This document shows positions 37,433 through 50,165 of a stretch of DNA of 64,000 bases, in pieces; positions within the stretch are counted from its first letter, which is position 1; the number at the start of each line of letters is the position of its first letter. The notes below the pieces were generated by a model, which saw only the letters and a list, made by a program, of their open reading frames with translations, made no database searches and was not told the origin of the DNA. Origin of the DNA: Vicugna vicugna (taxonomy: Eukaryota); NCBI GenBank assembly GCA_013265495.1, contig MU058718.1:1612001-1676000 (forward strand), given 5' to 3'. A program made the position numbers and the translations under genes.

Positions 37433-37897
37433 GATTCCACATATGAGTGATGTCATATGGTATTTTTCTTTCTCTTTCTGGCTTCACTTAGAATGACATT
37501 CTCCAGAACCATCCATGTTGCTGCAAATGGCATTATTTTATTATCTTTTATAGATTGTTTACAAAACAGAAACAGACTCACGGACACAGAAAACAAACTT
37601 ATGGTTATCGGGGGGTAAGTGGTGGGAACGGATAAACTGGGAGTTCGAGATTTGCAGACACTGACTGGCATATATAAAATGGATTAACAAGTTTATACAG
37701 TATAGCACAAAGAACTATATTCAATATCTTGTAGTACCTTACGGTGAAAAAGAATATGAAAATGAATATATGTATATTCATGTATGACTGAAGCATTGTG
37801 CTGTACACCAGAAACTGACACATTAAAGACTGACTATACTTCAATAAAAAACTACAAATTAAAAAATAAATAAATAAAAATAAAAACAAATAAATAA
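37433..37897 (+). mobile_element. Young L1 insertion with 5' inversion
   Basis: 37433-~37551 is the antisense ORF2 C-terminus (KIMPFAATWMVLENVILSE); ~37555-37897 is the sense 3' UTR with an A-rich tail. Confidence 0.9.
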
Positions 37898-40837
37898 CAA
37901 TAGCCTGGAGAAATTAAGTGCTTTGTCCCAGGGCCTCTAGCCCGAAGGCCTCCAGACTCCCACCAGGGGAGAGGGAAGAAGCCACAAGGAAATGGAGAAA
38001 TGGGCTGTGTAATAAAAGAACCTAATAGCACTCTTACTGTTCTAGATGCCAACTGAAAGACAAGCTTATTTTTATTAATGTTGGTTTTAGCTGACTCACG
38101 TTTTTTAAATTGGGAGGAGAGACATCTTGGCTTGTAAAAAGTCCAACAGATGATGTTTCGTTTTTGTGGGGTAGGTTTGGTAGATTATTTTTATTATCAA
38201 GTACGCGCTGGGCTACTTCTGGGACCTTCCAGAAGTACTGGCTTTGATGAATTATACTGCTGTGCCTGTAGCCACTCTCCGGCAATATTTTCAGCCAACA
38301 GGTTGGCTCATGTAATAAGAGAAACAGGAGTGGGGAAGAAGGGGAGATATACTACTAATCCTAAATCCTAAATATGTCAAGAACCTAATTTATTAGGGTC
38401 AAGAGTTGCCTTAAGGATCCATTTAAGATAATTTCAAAGATAAATGGAGCATAGATAGCCATGCCTCGGAGACTGTTCTTGGGCTGGGTTAGCATAATTT
38501 GATGCTGGTCTTCAGACATCCAGCATAATCTTTAAATGAAAATAAAGTTTTGATGCAGAAGGAATATATGCCAAGTCTTTTGGGTGTTTTGTTTTATTAA
38601 ATTTAAAAAGTCCTTACTATGGCACAGTGTCACCAAAGACCACTGGATGCAGTGTCACATAGTGAAAGATTTGTGGGACACGACAGACCAGCTTCAGAGG
38701 CTTGCAGGGGTCACAGGAACAACTGCATTTTGTTGCAGAAAAAAATGGAAACTGCAGTGATCTAGGCCCTGAGCAACTGGTGAGAGTGAGCAGCAGACAC
38801 ATATTTAATGAGGAAAGGACAGCCAGCCCCTCAATTAGAGACTTCTTTAAATATTTGCACATGTAGTATCTTCACTGCCAAATCAATAAAATGTGATTTT
38901 GATATGGACCTGTGTGGAGAACTTTCTGTTTCTCATGTATCCTTCTTTGAACCAGCCAGTGGCTCCACCCTGGAAATGAGAAACCCAAATAGAGAATGTG
39001 GGCCCTCCTCCTTCCCTCCATGTTTTCTGAAGAGAATAGAAAACAGCTCCACCTAAGGAATGAAAACTTTAAATGCCTGGGAAACAAGAGCTCACTGAGA
39101 CTGAAGAAGAGGGGAGGGAGAGGGATTCGGTTTGGCCAAGACTTTCAGTTAATGTAATCCAGATGTTGGTCTTCGGCCTAAATAAGATTGTCTTAGAACC
39201 CCCATTTTGTCATTTGTGGAAGGTCCAATGCTGTTCCCTGAGTTTCTGTGAATATCCTGGGTTCCTTGCATTCTCCATGACAGCTGCAGACTTCCTTCTG
39301 ATTCTGCATCATCTTCTCATCTTCTAAACCAGATACCTGGGGATATCAGCCACTTTTCATGATTTCCACACCAAACAAGCAAGCAAAAGCAAAAACACTT
39401 GCAAAAGTCTGTGAACATGACAATCTGTAAATACAAAATGCACACAGTTGTTCTGTAAAGTCCTTATTCACTCCACTGCATGGCTCCCGCATCTCCCCAC
39501 CCCTCACACCATCTCCCTGTTCAGTTCAAGTACAGATTCCGCCATCTGTCTCTTTTGTTACTTTGTCTCCAGCTAATCCATCAGTCTCAGTATTTATCCC
39601 CAAGAGCTATCAAATGTTTTCCTACACAAAGCAACCAAGAGGAATTTTGGTTTCAAGTGTTAGGATAATAAAGTTTGTCACCATGATATGCAAAGAACCA
39701 AAGAGAATGGAATTGTCCCCAGTGGAAGGCATTTTCTCTGTGTCCCCAGTCTCCTGGTATGTTTTCAGGAGAGGCAGAGACTCAAAGGATGTGCAAAGCC
39801 CTCTGTCCGTGGAGAGTGCAGCAGGGGAGGGCTGGAGCAGAGGACACGTTAGATATTCAAGATACCCAAAGACAGGAAGCGCCCCTGCCCCTGCTTAAAG
39901 ACTAAGAGTGAGAATCAAGTTCCCGAGGCTTTGGGGGACTGCCCCCCTATGCAGTCTACAGCTCTAGGCTTGTTGGTCCTGATTTCTAATCACTAAATCT
40001 TTTTCTAAAGCATCATTTGGGGCTGATGGTGGGGGGCGGGGGAGGAGGAGGGATAGCTTAAGTTTAGCCCATACTTACATATATTTTTAAAAGGCGTTAT
40101 CTTTGTTATCCCTAATGGATCTCATCTTGTATTTAAATTCATGTGCCCAGTGATGGCAAAAGAAAAAACCAATATTTGTCAATTAAAGTTATCTCAGCCT
40201 CTTTCAGTCTTACTCAGTCTTTAGTGGATTAAACATTCTTTTAATTCAAAGTTCAGCCTCTCTCAGGGCTGACTATTACTTCTCAGAATGTCTTCTTTCA
40301 TCCTGCTTCTCTCAAGTTTGTGTCTATGCAGGAAAAATTGCATAACTGTGGGCAGGTCTGGGAGGAAGAACCTCAGGGCTGTGGATCCTCCCCATGAAGT
40401 GGAGTGGCTCATCTTGTACCTGGAGGTACAGCTGGTCCCACAGGGTTCTTTGAGCACCAGCCTGGCACCCTTTGCTGAAGTCCCTGGTCCCGGTCTCGGA
40501 CTCCAGCTAGAGGTCTCTGCTACTCGTGACCTCCTAATCCTAGCTCTTCTGCTCTCGAGACCTTTGCATCTCACCAAGGCAGGCAGGCAGGAACATCAAG
40601 CTCCCTTCTGTGTCCTTTCTATGACTCTACTGGCCTGAATCTCAACAAGACAAACTTCTCACTGAGTTCCAGACAGAATGTCAGAAACCAATTCCTTCCT
40701 CTCCAGTTCAGTCCTCAACCTTTTGGAGTTTTGGTCTCTTTTTGCCCCTCCTCCCTTCCCACCTCCTAATCCTGAACTGAGGCACAGAGGAGTGAGGTGG
40801 TGGGTGCGAGACAATTAGCTCGGGAGAACTGAGGGTC

Positions 40838-41100
40838 TGTTCATTCAATAGGCTTTTACTGAAAACCTACTATACACCAGACACTCTTCTAGGAGCTGGG
40901 GATACAGCAGAAACAAAACAGGGTGAGTTCCTGTTCTCTTGCAGTTTACGTTCTGGTTGTAGTGGGGCGTTGAGAAGCCTACATACACGAAGTGTATACC
41001 GTGGTCAGTTTGGCATAAGTACCAAGAAGAAAAAGTAAGGCAGAAAAGGTTAGGGAGAGTAATGGAGGTACGTTTTAGTCAGGGTGATCACAAATAATTA
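40838..41100 (-). mobile_element. L2a 3' end
   Basis: 'tcattcaataggcttttactgaaaacctactatacaccagacactcttctaggagctggggatacagcag'. Confidence 0.85.
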
Positions 41101-41167
41101 AAGTGAAGACTCCCCAGTCAGTCCCTAGCAAATAGTTATAATATAGAGAGAACCAGCGACCCCTCAG

Positions 41168-41181
41168 ATGCCCCCTCGTGG
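41168..41181 (-). promoter_or_regulatory. CTCF-like motif
   Basis: Minus-strand CCACGAGGGGGCAT matches CCASYAGRKGGCRS at 12/14. Confidence 0.35.
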
Positions 41182-41354
41182 GGGGGGGGTGTAGGGGGAG
41201 GGGGAGTATTTGAGGGAGAAGAGGGTCCAGAGACTGGAGACGTAAGGAACACTTCCTTCTAGGGAAGAAAAATGATGAAGGGGTGGCTCTCAGATTTTGC
41301 AGCGGATATAATTAGTACACAACTCAGGAAAACACAAGAGAGGAGAAAGGCTCA

Positions 41355-41426
41355 TGGAGGTGCTGGGGATCGAACCTGGGACCTCATACGTGCAAAGCAT
41401 GCACTCTACCACTGAGCTACACTCCC
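41355..41426 (-). pseudogene. tRNA-Ala(TGC) gene relic / probable pseudogene
   Basis: GGGAGTG TA GCTC AGTGGTA GAGT G CATGC TTTGCAC GTATG AGGTC CCAGG TTCGATC CCCAG CACCTCC A. It is 72 nt with G3:U70, anticodon TGC and intact A/B boxes. It has an A4-C69 mismatch and two T-stem mismatches. Confidence 0.8.
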
Positions 41427-42564
41427 CAAGTAGGAAGGGAAAGAGAGGAGAGAATGTCTCCGAAGCGACCAACGCAACTGGTCATCTGTAGAAAGGCAAA
41501 GAAGGAGCAGAGCTAGTGGGGACAGTGACCGAGTCCTCCCACGCCCGCTGCAGAGCCGCTCAACAGGCAGGGATCTGGCTGCGCAGGACCCAGCATCTTC
41601 GAGGAACCCGCATCCCAGCAGGATGTGCCCTGGAAGAAAAATTCCTCCCAATCCTGATAGAAACCAGTGCCGGGCTGGCCGCCAGCTGGAGGGCTTGGTC
41701 TCCAGGAGCAGGAATGCCAAGCCAACCAAGGGGAAACATGAGTTGTTCCAATGATTCCTCCACCTGAAACCCCAGTATGGGTACAAAGTCAAATGTCTCC
41801 AAATGCTTAAAAGAGTCAAAAAGACTAGGAAATATTAAATACGGGAAGTGATCTCAGAAACCATTCAGCCCAAACACCCCACTTCAAATATATCTTTCTG
41901 GGAGCCCAAAAGAGAGAGAAGGGAGAAAGTTAGTCTGGGGAGGATTCAAAGAAGAAAAGGAATTAGCAGTCAGTCTTGCAGGGTGAATAGGAGTTTGCCC
42001 CGTGAACAAGGAGGAGATAGGCAGGTGAAAACATTACCACAATAACAGGATCAAAATGGTAACTCCTTGGATCTGCCCCATCGCAGCCTACTGCACTCTC
42101 AGGGTCCATCAACCTATTCTGGGAATGACAAGGGAGGTCCCATGGTTCCCCAACTCCAGTCTCTTGACTCTGCAGTGGCCATCCCTGCTGTGCTGCATAA
42201 ACAGGACAACACACATAAAAAAGGAAATCACATTAAGCAACATGACAGATAACAGAGTAAGACTGGTCATTCCATGACTAAGCTCCAACTGGTGGGAAGT
42301 TCAGAGAAAGGAGACATCACCTGGCTTCTCCAACTTCCTTGGCTTTGAATTCAATAACGGGACCACCATTCCATGCCCACATATGCAGCCCACCACAGAA
42401 GTCATGGATACAAGTTTCCTCACCACCTCTTGCCTCTTCTCGCTGGTCCAGGGAGGAGAACCATCAGCATAGGTGCAACTTCTCAGTGACTAAAGAATTT
42501 TCAAATGTGAAGCTCTAAAAGAGGGGAAAAGGCACTAAAGATAAGTCAATACCTAAAGACATAG

Positions 42565-42700
42565 AAGTAGAAGTCTGCAGACATGGATTCTAGAACAGCT
42601 CTAACTGGCAACTTACAACTCCCACACCACTCTGCTGCTTGGTGTGTACACATGTACAGGGGGAGGCTGGTCGATGATCGCTGAGGCCTCTCCAGCTCTA
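42565..42700 (+). mobile_element. MIR3/MIRc-like fragment
   Basis: 'gaagtctgcagacatggattctag...gctggtcgatgatcgctgaggcctctccagctcta'. Confidence 0.5.
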
Positions 42701-44639
42701 AAGCAGGGTGGTTTCACATTTCTGCATCAAAAATCCTAAAGTACTAAAATCTTTGTCACCATGTGCTGAACTTTGGATTTAATTACCACTTAATTCTTAT
42801 TATTTTGTGTGATCCCAGGCCACTGGAAAGTCATCAGAACATAGAAGCATCTGAAATGATTGGCCCCTCTTACTCCTTTTTTACCAACTCTTGGGGTAAA
42901 ACTTCACAGCAACAGGGGCATTCAAAATAGTTTTGACCTTTTGTCAGAAAACAGTCTGAATATAACTGCCCAGTGAAAGTACAATGCTTTTCCCATGTTG
43001 TCCTAACTTGGAGCACCTCCCATAATTCAAGCTAAGCAAGATGCTTTGAAAATATATGTATGTTAGAGTTTGACTCAAAATGACTATCTTTCGTGGTTTA
43101 CATTGACTGCAGAGGGAGTTAACTAGTAAGATGTACGTATTTTGGGGTGACTTCTACGTGCTTATACAAGCGGTTTTTTCTCTTTGATGATTTAAACCAT
43201 ATGTTGAGATATTTAGAGGATTATTTTATCAAAAATCCTCTAGTTTGAAGGACATACCAGGGCACAGACCACAAGTTTGTGCAAGATGTGTATGCGCACA
43301 TGCATGTATATATATATGCACATACACCCAAACACACACGTGCAAATGAATGTAAATCATTTTGTCCTCCAGCAGTTGGACTGCCATATTGATAAAGAGG
43401 ACCTGTCACATTAATTTAATCCTGAATTGCTCTGAAACATAGTTTGGTGCAAAAGTAAATTCTGTAGGGTAATGGAATGTGTTAAGCCTTTAACAAATGG
43501 ATGTTTAATGACTATGAAAAAACAGCAATCATGAAAAACAAAAATTACAGATTTGGTAAACTTATCCTCTAAGTTTACAAAGCTAATAAAATATTTAGAG
43601 GAAGCGGTGTCATATCAGACTTCACATAATGCCCTTGAAGAACATTTCTATGACAGACGCTGCCAAGGTCGTGATGCAGAACTCAGTGACCCTAAGACCT
43701 GCAAAACACACTCACCCAAGGATGCCTCATTAACCACTGTGATATACTTTACCATACGCCTCATAGTTGGCAATGTTTTTCAGCTCTTTTGCCAATTCTA
43801 ATCAACAAATAGTACGTCCAAGAATGCTGTCTTGAGAAGGATCTGAGGCTGCATCTGGGATCAGAATCTTGATTGATTGTTGATGTCTGCAGCGGGAGAG
43901 GGAGGCAGAAAGGCCACACATGTGCCGCACATCATCACACATCTCCGCAGACCTCCTCTGAACCACTGTGCGTGGTGCTGGAAGCAGTCTTCCTCATGTC
44001 ACTATCCCCTTCCAGAACTTAAAGTAGCTCCAGATTGCACTGCAGATAACCTGTAAGTGTTGTTTGAATTCTTGTATCAATTGATTACATTTTCTAACTG
44101 CCCCAACCCCTCCCTTTCTCACCTTCTGAATTAGGTTCTCGATTATTTTCTGTTTCTCCCTACAGCTTAGCCCCCACGTGAGCCACTCGATCTCCTCCCT
44201 CTGTTTCTCTGTCATCCTTAACCATTCCCACCTCCTTGCATTTAACTCATTTCATCCCTTCTTGGCTTGCCTGCCTGCCAGTCTGGGCCAGTCCCCTCCT
44301 CAAAGACTTGGGCTTAACATCCAAAATTTTTCCTGTAACAGGCAAATTTTTGATGCCTAATCTTAGACCCGTTTCCTCAGTTTTATATTATATTCTTTAT
44401 ACTGAATTACCATACTCATTTTTATGTTGGTTTATAACCATTCTCTGACTATTTCAAGAGGGTTTTATCCTCTTTTCCACTAAAGTGGTTGCACACACCA
44501 CTAATTCCCTACACCCTCAACTCCTTACCTCAATAGATGCTGTGTCATCTTACTGCTGTGATAATGTACCAACAGGAGCCACACATTATTTTAAAGTATT
44601 CTGTTTTCACCCTACATTACATGCATAAGAAGACAAGAA

Positions 44640-44830
44640 CAAAGGCTAATAACATTTCCTCTGTGCTTTCTACGCTCAGGCACAGGGCCTTACTTGCATT
44701 CTCTCATTCAATGCTTATAACCACCCTATGAGGAAGTTATTATTATTAATCTACGTTTTCCAGGGGAGGAAATTAAGGCTTAAAAGGGAGTAAGAGACAT
44801 GCTCAAGGTTAAACAGCTAATGAAACAGTC
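44640..44830 (-). mobile_element. MIR SINE
   Basis: 'tctcattcaatgcttataaccaccctatgagg...gaggaaattaaggctta...gctcaaggtta'. Confidence 0.75.
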
Positions 44831-45384
44831 TGTCTGTTGTCCCTTACTGTCCCCTTTGACAAGTTTCAAAGAAAGTAAATGCCTTTGATTACAGAGAAAA
44901 GAAATTAGTCCAGCTAGAGAGGTCCAGGATGTTGAAAGATCAAAATATTTTGGAATCCTCATTTTACTAAGAACTCTATTTTTAATGTAAATAAGAAAAG
45001 GAAATATGTCATCATGTTACTCTTTTGTAACCTCAACAGAGAAAAAGCTGATGTTATTGGGTAGACGTTGCAAACATTGGGCATCTCCTTTTTCCCACGG
45101 GTGGGAGGAGGGAATGAATTTGTTCTGTCACTCACTTCTCATGTTGCTATCCCTCTTCTCAGCTCCCATGTCATCAATCCTTTTTATTCTCAATCTCCTT
45201 TTCATTGTCTTTCTAATGCTTTCCTGGCACCTGGAACAAAAACAGTGAAGATACGAATATGAACATAACACAAGCAGAAGGAGAGATAGGGACTTAATTT
45301 TTATATTTTATTTTTAGTAAAAACTTATATTTTAGTTTGCATTGATTAAAAATGAAAAAGCCCCCCATGCCACATAGTTTTATT

Positions 45385-45650
45385 TATATAAGATTTATTT
45401 TAGAAAAGGAAAACCTGTAGGAAGAGAGATGACATCAGTGGTTACCAGGGGCCGGGGGCAGGAGGAAGAGATTGACTACAAAGGGGCATGAGGGAACTTC
45501 AAGGGGTGACAGAAATTTTCTGTATCTTCATTGGGGTCATGGTTATGCAACTGTATTCATTTGCCAAAACTCATTGAACTGTCTACCTAAAAAGGAGGAA
45601 CTTCACTGTATGTAATTATACCTCATGAAAGTTGGTTTAAAAATAAAATA
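45385..45650 (+). mobile_element. Old L1MC/L1ME 3' end
   Basis: 'atcagtggttaccaggggcc...gattgactacaaaggggcatgagggaact...catttgccaaaactcattgaactgt...tatgtaattatacctc'. Confidence 0.85.
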
Positions 45651-46965
45651 AGAAGTTTTGAATGATTTGAAATATAAAATCTAACAGTAGTAAGAGAATA
45701 CAGATCTTGCCTGCATATGGATAGATATAACTAGCCTATTATAATATGTATTTAAGTTCAAATGGTAATCTAGTATATGATTTGTTTTTCTCAAAGAATT
45801 TAAGAGTGGCAAGAATGTTTACATTGGACTGACACAAGTTTTTGTGGAATTGGGAGAGTTGCCCCTCAAAGTAGTCGAGATCACACAGCCTGAATCTTTT
45901 CCCCTGCAGTAAAACCACTAGTTGGAACGTCAGTAAAATGTTGGTATGATAGCTCCTTCGAGGAGTTAGACTCTGCCAGCAACTCTTCCATTTGTAGGAC
46001 ATTTGTAATTAATAGACAGATGAGTTCTCTCCGCCTAGACGTCCAATTCCCTGGAGATAATGTATCCAGGAGTTCTTCCCTCCCCCGAAGCTCTTGAACC
46101 CCCTCCTCCCCCCAATAAAAACATTATGAATGAAATAACCCATTTAAGATCTTTAAACTTCTGATCTGTCAAAATAAGAAAATGAAAGACCGAATACTGC
46201 AATCACTAGTACACTACATATCAGCAACAAGTTATTTCCTTAACTCAGTTTGTGAACATTATCATATTATAATTTCTCATGATTATATTACACAGAATGT
46301 TCAGGAAGAGAAAAGATAGATTAAACCTTTTATTTTCTTCATTTTCAGTGAAATTTTAAAGTTGCTTATGTGTTTTAAATGTGCACATTATTAATAATAA
46401 TTAAAAACTCACTATACCTACTAATGAATTTTAAGAGAGTATACCTAACTTCTCAGTATCTTTTTAAACAAGTCCCTCATTTGAACTTTCATTATCCTTT
46501 TTTTGTAATCTCAATCGTAATCACTTATGTGCTTAGTCACTACAAAACTGTGAAAGTTACATTAACCTATCTAAATTTGATGGTAAGAGGTTTTAAATGT
46601 TTCAGGCTAAAAATTGATTCTGAAGAACAGAAAGAAACTATGCTCATTACCTAATTAAAATAGCTCCTGCCAAATGCAGAACGGTCTGACATTGTAAATG
46701 TGTTTCTAATTCGGCCATTTCAACAGAAAATAAAATATAAACAAAAAATGCAACTACTTAGTGGCCTTATGATTTCGCTTCTAAACTAGGTTGTTTGGGT
46801 GGGTTTTTTTTTAAGTACCAAAAGAAACAGATAAGAGCACTGACTTATAGTTTAAATGCCATTTGTATATAATAATGAGCAGAAAAATCTAAAATAATTT
46901 TCAAATTGTAGTATCAGTCAATAGTCACCCCCTTTGCCTTGTGTCAAAACTACAGCAAATTCTTT

Positions 46966-47139
46966 TTTTATTGACACATAGTCAGTTTACAATGCTGTGT
47001 CAATTTCTGATGTAAAGCATAGTTATTCAGTCATACATACACATACATATATTCGTTTTCATATGTTTTTTCATTATAGGTCACTACAAGAGATTGAATA
47101 TAGTTCCCTGTGCTCTACAGAAGAAACTTGCACATATAA
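46966..47139 (-). mobile_element. Young L1 3' UTR, 5'-truncated
   Basis: Same 3' UTR family as the copies at 4672 and 13393; TSD CAAATTCTTT at 46956-46965 and 47140-47149. Confidence 0.9.
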
Positions 47140-47479
47140 CAAATTCTTTAATAACAGTTAGCTTCAGATATTGGTAGGTCTTACGAAGATAAATAGTGTA
47201 CTTCATAGAAAGAGACGGTTCACCAAAGGAATATAGCAGTTGAGGCCGAAACAGGTCCACAAAGGTTAAAATGTTACCCTTCTCAAAGAGCATGTACTGA
47301 AAATTGATGCACTGAGCAAAGGGGAAGAACTGAGGATCTTCTTGTGTTTCCAGGTCTTGTTATTAAGCGTCATTTTCTAAAATGTTTCATCACACTGCTT
47401 CCAATGCAGACCTTCAGAAACAGCACTGCATAGTGATTTTGATACTATGAGAAAAGATATTTTAAACTCTTTATGCTTT

Positions 47480-47605
47480 TTCTGTGAAATGGAGTTAACA
47501 TGTATCCCATTAAGTTGTTGTGAAGATTAAAGGAGCTAATGCATGTAGAGCTCTTGGAATGGTCTCTAGAACACGGTGAGCCCTCCTTAACTGTTCACTA
47601 TTGCT
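47480..47605 (+). mobile_element. MIR fragment
   Basis: 'tctgtgaaatggag...gttgttgtgaagattaaaggagctaatgcatgtagagc'. Confidence 0.7.
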
Positions 47606-47639
47606 GTTGTTATGGCTGCTGTTGTTGTCATAATACCTA

Positions 47640-47840
47640 TAGTTCTCGGAGCATCCAGTTTTCTTTCCAAACACTGACATATTTTAATTTGCTTTCTCTC
47701 TGTGAAGTAGAATGTTACTTCCATTTTACAGATAAGAAAACTGAGGTCAAAGAGTTTAGCTTGTCCAAAGATATGTCAACCTAGACAAAGCCCAAATTCA
47801 TACCAAGGTCTAACATCAGCTTCATCTGCTTTGCCACTCC
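47640..47840 (-). mobile_element. MIR SINE
   Basis: 'ccattttacagataagaaaactgaggtcaaagag...cttgtccaaag'. Confidence 0.75.
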
Positions 47841-50034
47841 AGCAGCATGACCCTTCCTCCTTCATCATCACACATTTAAGAGAAGATTTGAGGTGTTCTT
47901 TACTCAGAATAGTACAACAAAGCCTTTTAGAAAAGGCCACAAAGTCTTAGAACCTAGTCCTTGATTCTCACTAAGAATATCTGTATTTATTCTCTCATGA
48001 GTCAGATCATTAATCTTGACACATCCCAAATAAAAGAATGTGATAGCCTCAGTGGATTCTTAGATGACTTTTTAAAAGTTTTTTAAATGAAATAAACGTA
48101 AAAGTCTACTTAAAAGTGTGTTCTTGTTAATTAGCAGAATAGTTAACAAGAAGCATTGTAGCTTAGTAGCTTTCTTTGTAACTAGTCAGAGGCAAAGTGT
48201 TCTATTCGGAAGAGGAGATTAAGGTTCCCCTAATTCTTTCCCCATCTGTGCAGCAGCAGTTTCCTGTCAACCATTTCTGTGAGGCCCTCAGGAAGAACAC
48301 AAACCTACTGCTCATAACCTACTCTTGCTGTTCTCACAGCATTTATTTACTGTACCACACATAGAGTATAGTTTATATTTTTCTTGAGTTACCTTTTTTG
48401 TTTATATGTCTTATTTTTTCAGTGAGTGAGGCCATACACAGACTATCACATTCTTTTTTCTGTTTTCTTTCCATTAGCTCTCAAAGCACATTTTTTAAGC
48501 GCAACTGAAATTAACCAAATTCTAAGGAGAAGATGGTCGTTATCACCACATCACTGTGTTCGTGACTGTTAATCCACGAAGACAGTCCTATGAAAGGAAC
48601 AGAAACTATTTACACCAATGGGAATTGACCAGTAAAGCATAAAATAGGAGAGAGAAGCAGATGTTTACTGGGCTATGATGGACTCATTGGATAACTCTCA
48701 AAAGACACAGAGACATGGGGTCAAATCATTCAGTACTGACCAAAAGGATCGGAATTCTTTTCCTGCTGGCCAAAATACCCAACAAAATTTGGGGGGTGGG
48801 GGGAGGGGGAGAAGAAAATATCACTGTGTAGTGTGAAAACAGTTTGTCTCCAGGATATTTTTCATTCTCAGTTGTCTGAGTTTTCCAAGTCACACCAGCT
48901 GAAATAGAAAGTCCTTAAATGGCTATAATTCATGAGCCATAGCCTGGGTAATTTATGGTTTGTAATCCAAGAGTTCAAAATGGGAAGGATAAGCAACTCT
49001 ATTTCCCACCTAAGATGTGTTTGGGGGTGGGGGGAGCTGACCTCAGCACTACCAGTGCTATGGCCAAGTGTGATTGTGGTATGAAATGTGCACATAGCCG
49101 GTTAATGTACAATGCTGCAAGGTGCAAATTCCTGCATGTAGTCAATGTGGGAATCTGGGCTCAAGCCTGACATGTTAGCGTGTAGTTGGTGTATCTCCAA
49201 TCGCCATAATTTCTTACCCTGACATCTTTCATCACACTCATTGAGGGAGAGGAGGAGAGTACATGTGGCCACCAGATTGGTTTTTACTTCTGAAAGAAAG
49301 CCACATCCTTTAATTACACCTTACTGTCTTATTGCTCCAATTATTACTGCAACTTTGAAATAATTCTTATTTGACATAGGTTTTTTTAATCAAGAATAAA
49401 CAAGACCACACACCCTCCTGATGATACATTAAAAACATATGTCTATCATAATAAATACCCTTATGGAAAAAAAAGCTTTAGTTAAAAGGCTAGAGCCAAA
49501 CTGAGTAATGGAACCGGACTCAACTCTAGCCCATTTATCACCTTTTCTAAGGTTGCTGCTCTTTATTCAGGATATTGAGCCCTTAATGTGCTGAATAAGA
49601 CGTGTGTATGTGCTTTGTCAGGATATCACAGTTTGGTCTATAAGATTTCAGAGTATGATTCAGATCTCAGCTTTGCCATACTCTAAGAGTGAGAACCATG
49701 GAACCAAGTAGAAGAGAAATTGAGTTGTGACATAAAACTTACAAAATTTAGGACCTGACAAGCAAGTCTGAAGCTAGGTTTTATAGACCATTTTAATCAT
49801 TCATTTGAAATTTTCCAAGCTTAATCAGATGGTATTGAAGAACAGTGGGGAAAAAAATTCTAGATACTGAATGGAGAATTTCAGTGCCTGACATTAAATT
49901 ACCAACATGTGAAGTATGTCCAAAATAATAGGAAGCTTGGTATCTATTGGACATAGTCCACACATCTATTTGTACAAAAGCATATAAGGGAGAGCAATGT
50001 GAGATCCAACAACACAGATTAATCACACAGAAGA

Positions 50035-50165
50035 AACTAAAATACAAGAAGCAAAAGGGAAGAAAGCAAGAGGAGAAGAAAAAAATAAGAAAAAAAAAAT
50101 AATAGAAGACAGAAAAAGAACAGGGCTAAAAGGTGATCACTAAAGATGCAAGAGAGAATAAAGAT
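50035..50165. repeat. A/G-rich low-complexity tract
   Basis: Almost pure purine run 'aagaagcaaaagggaagaaagcaagaggagaagaaaaaaataag...'. Confidence 0.7.

Noticed and set aside
36890..37889. ORFs with protein-like stretches
   Set aside because: These are L1 ORF2 and 3' UTR remnants, not host genes.
41355..41426. Functional tRNA-Ala call
   Set aside because: Two adjacent T-stem mismatches plus A4-C69 make normal folding doubtful, so it is reported as a probable pseudogene.
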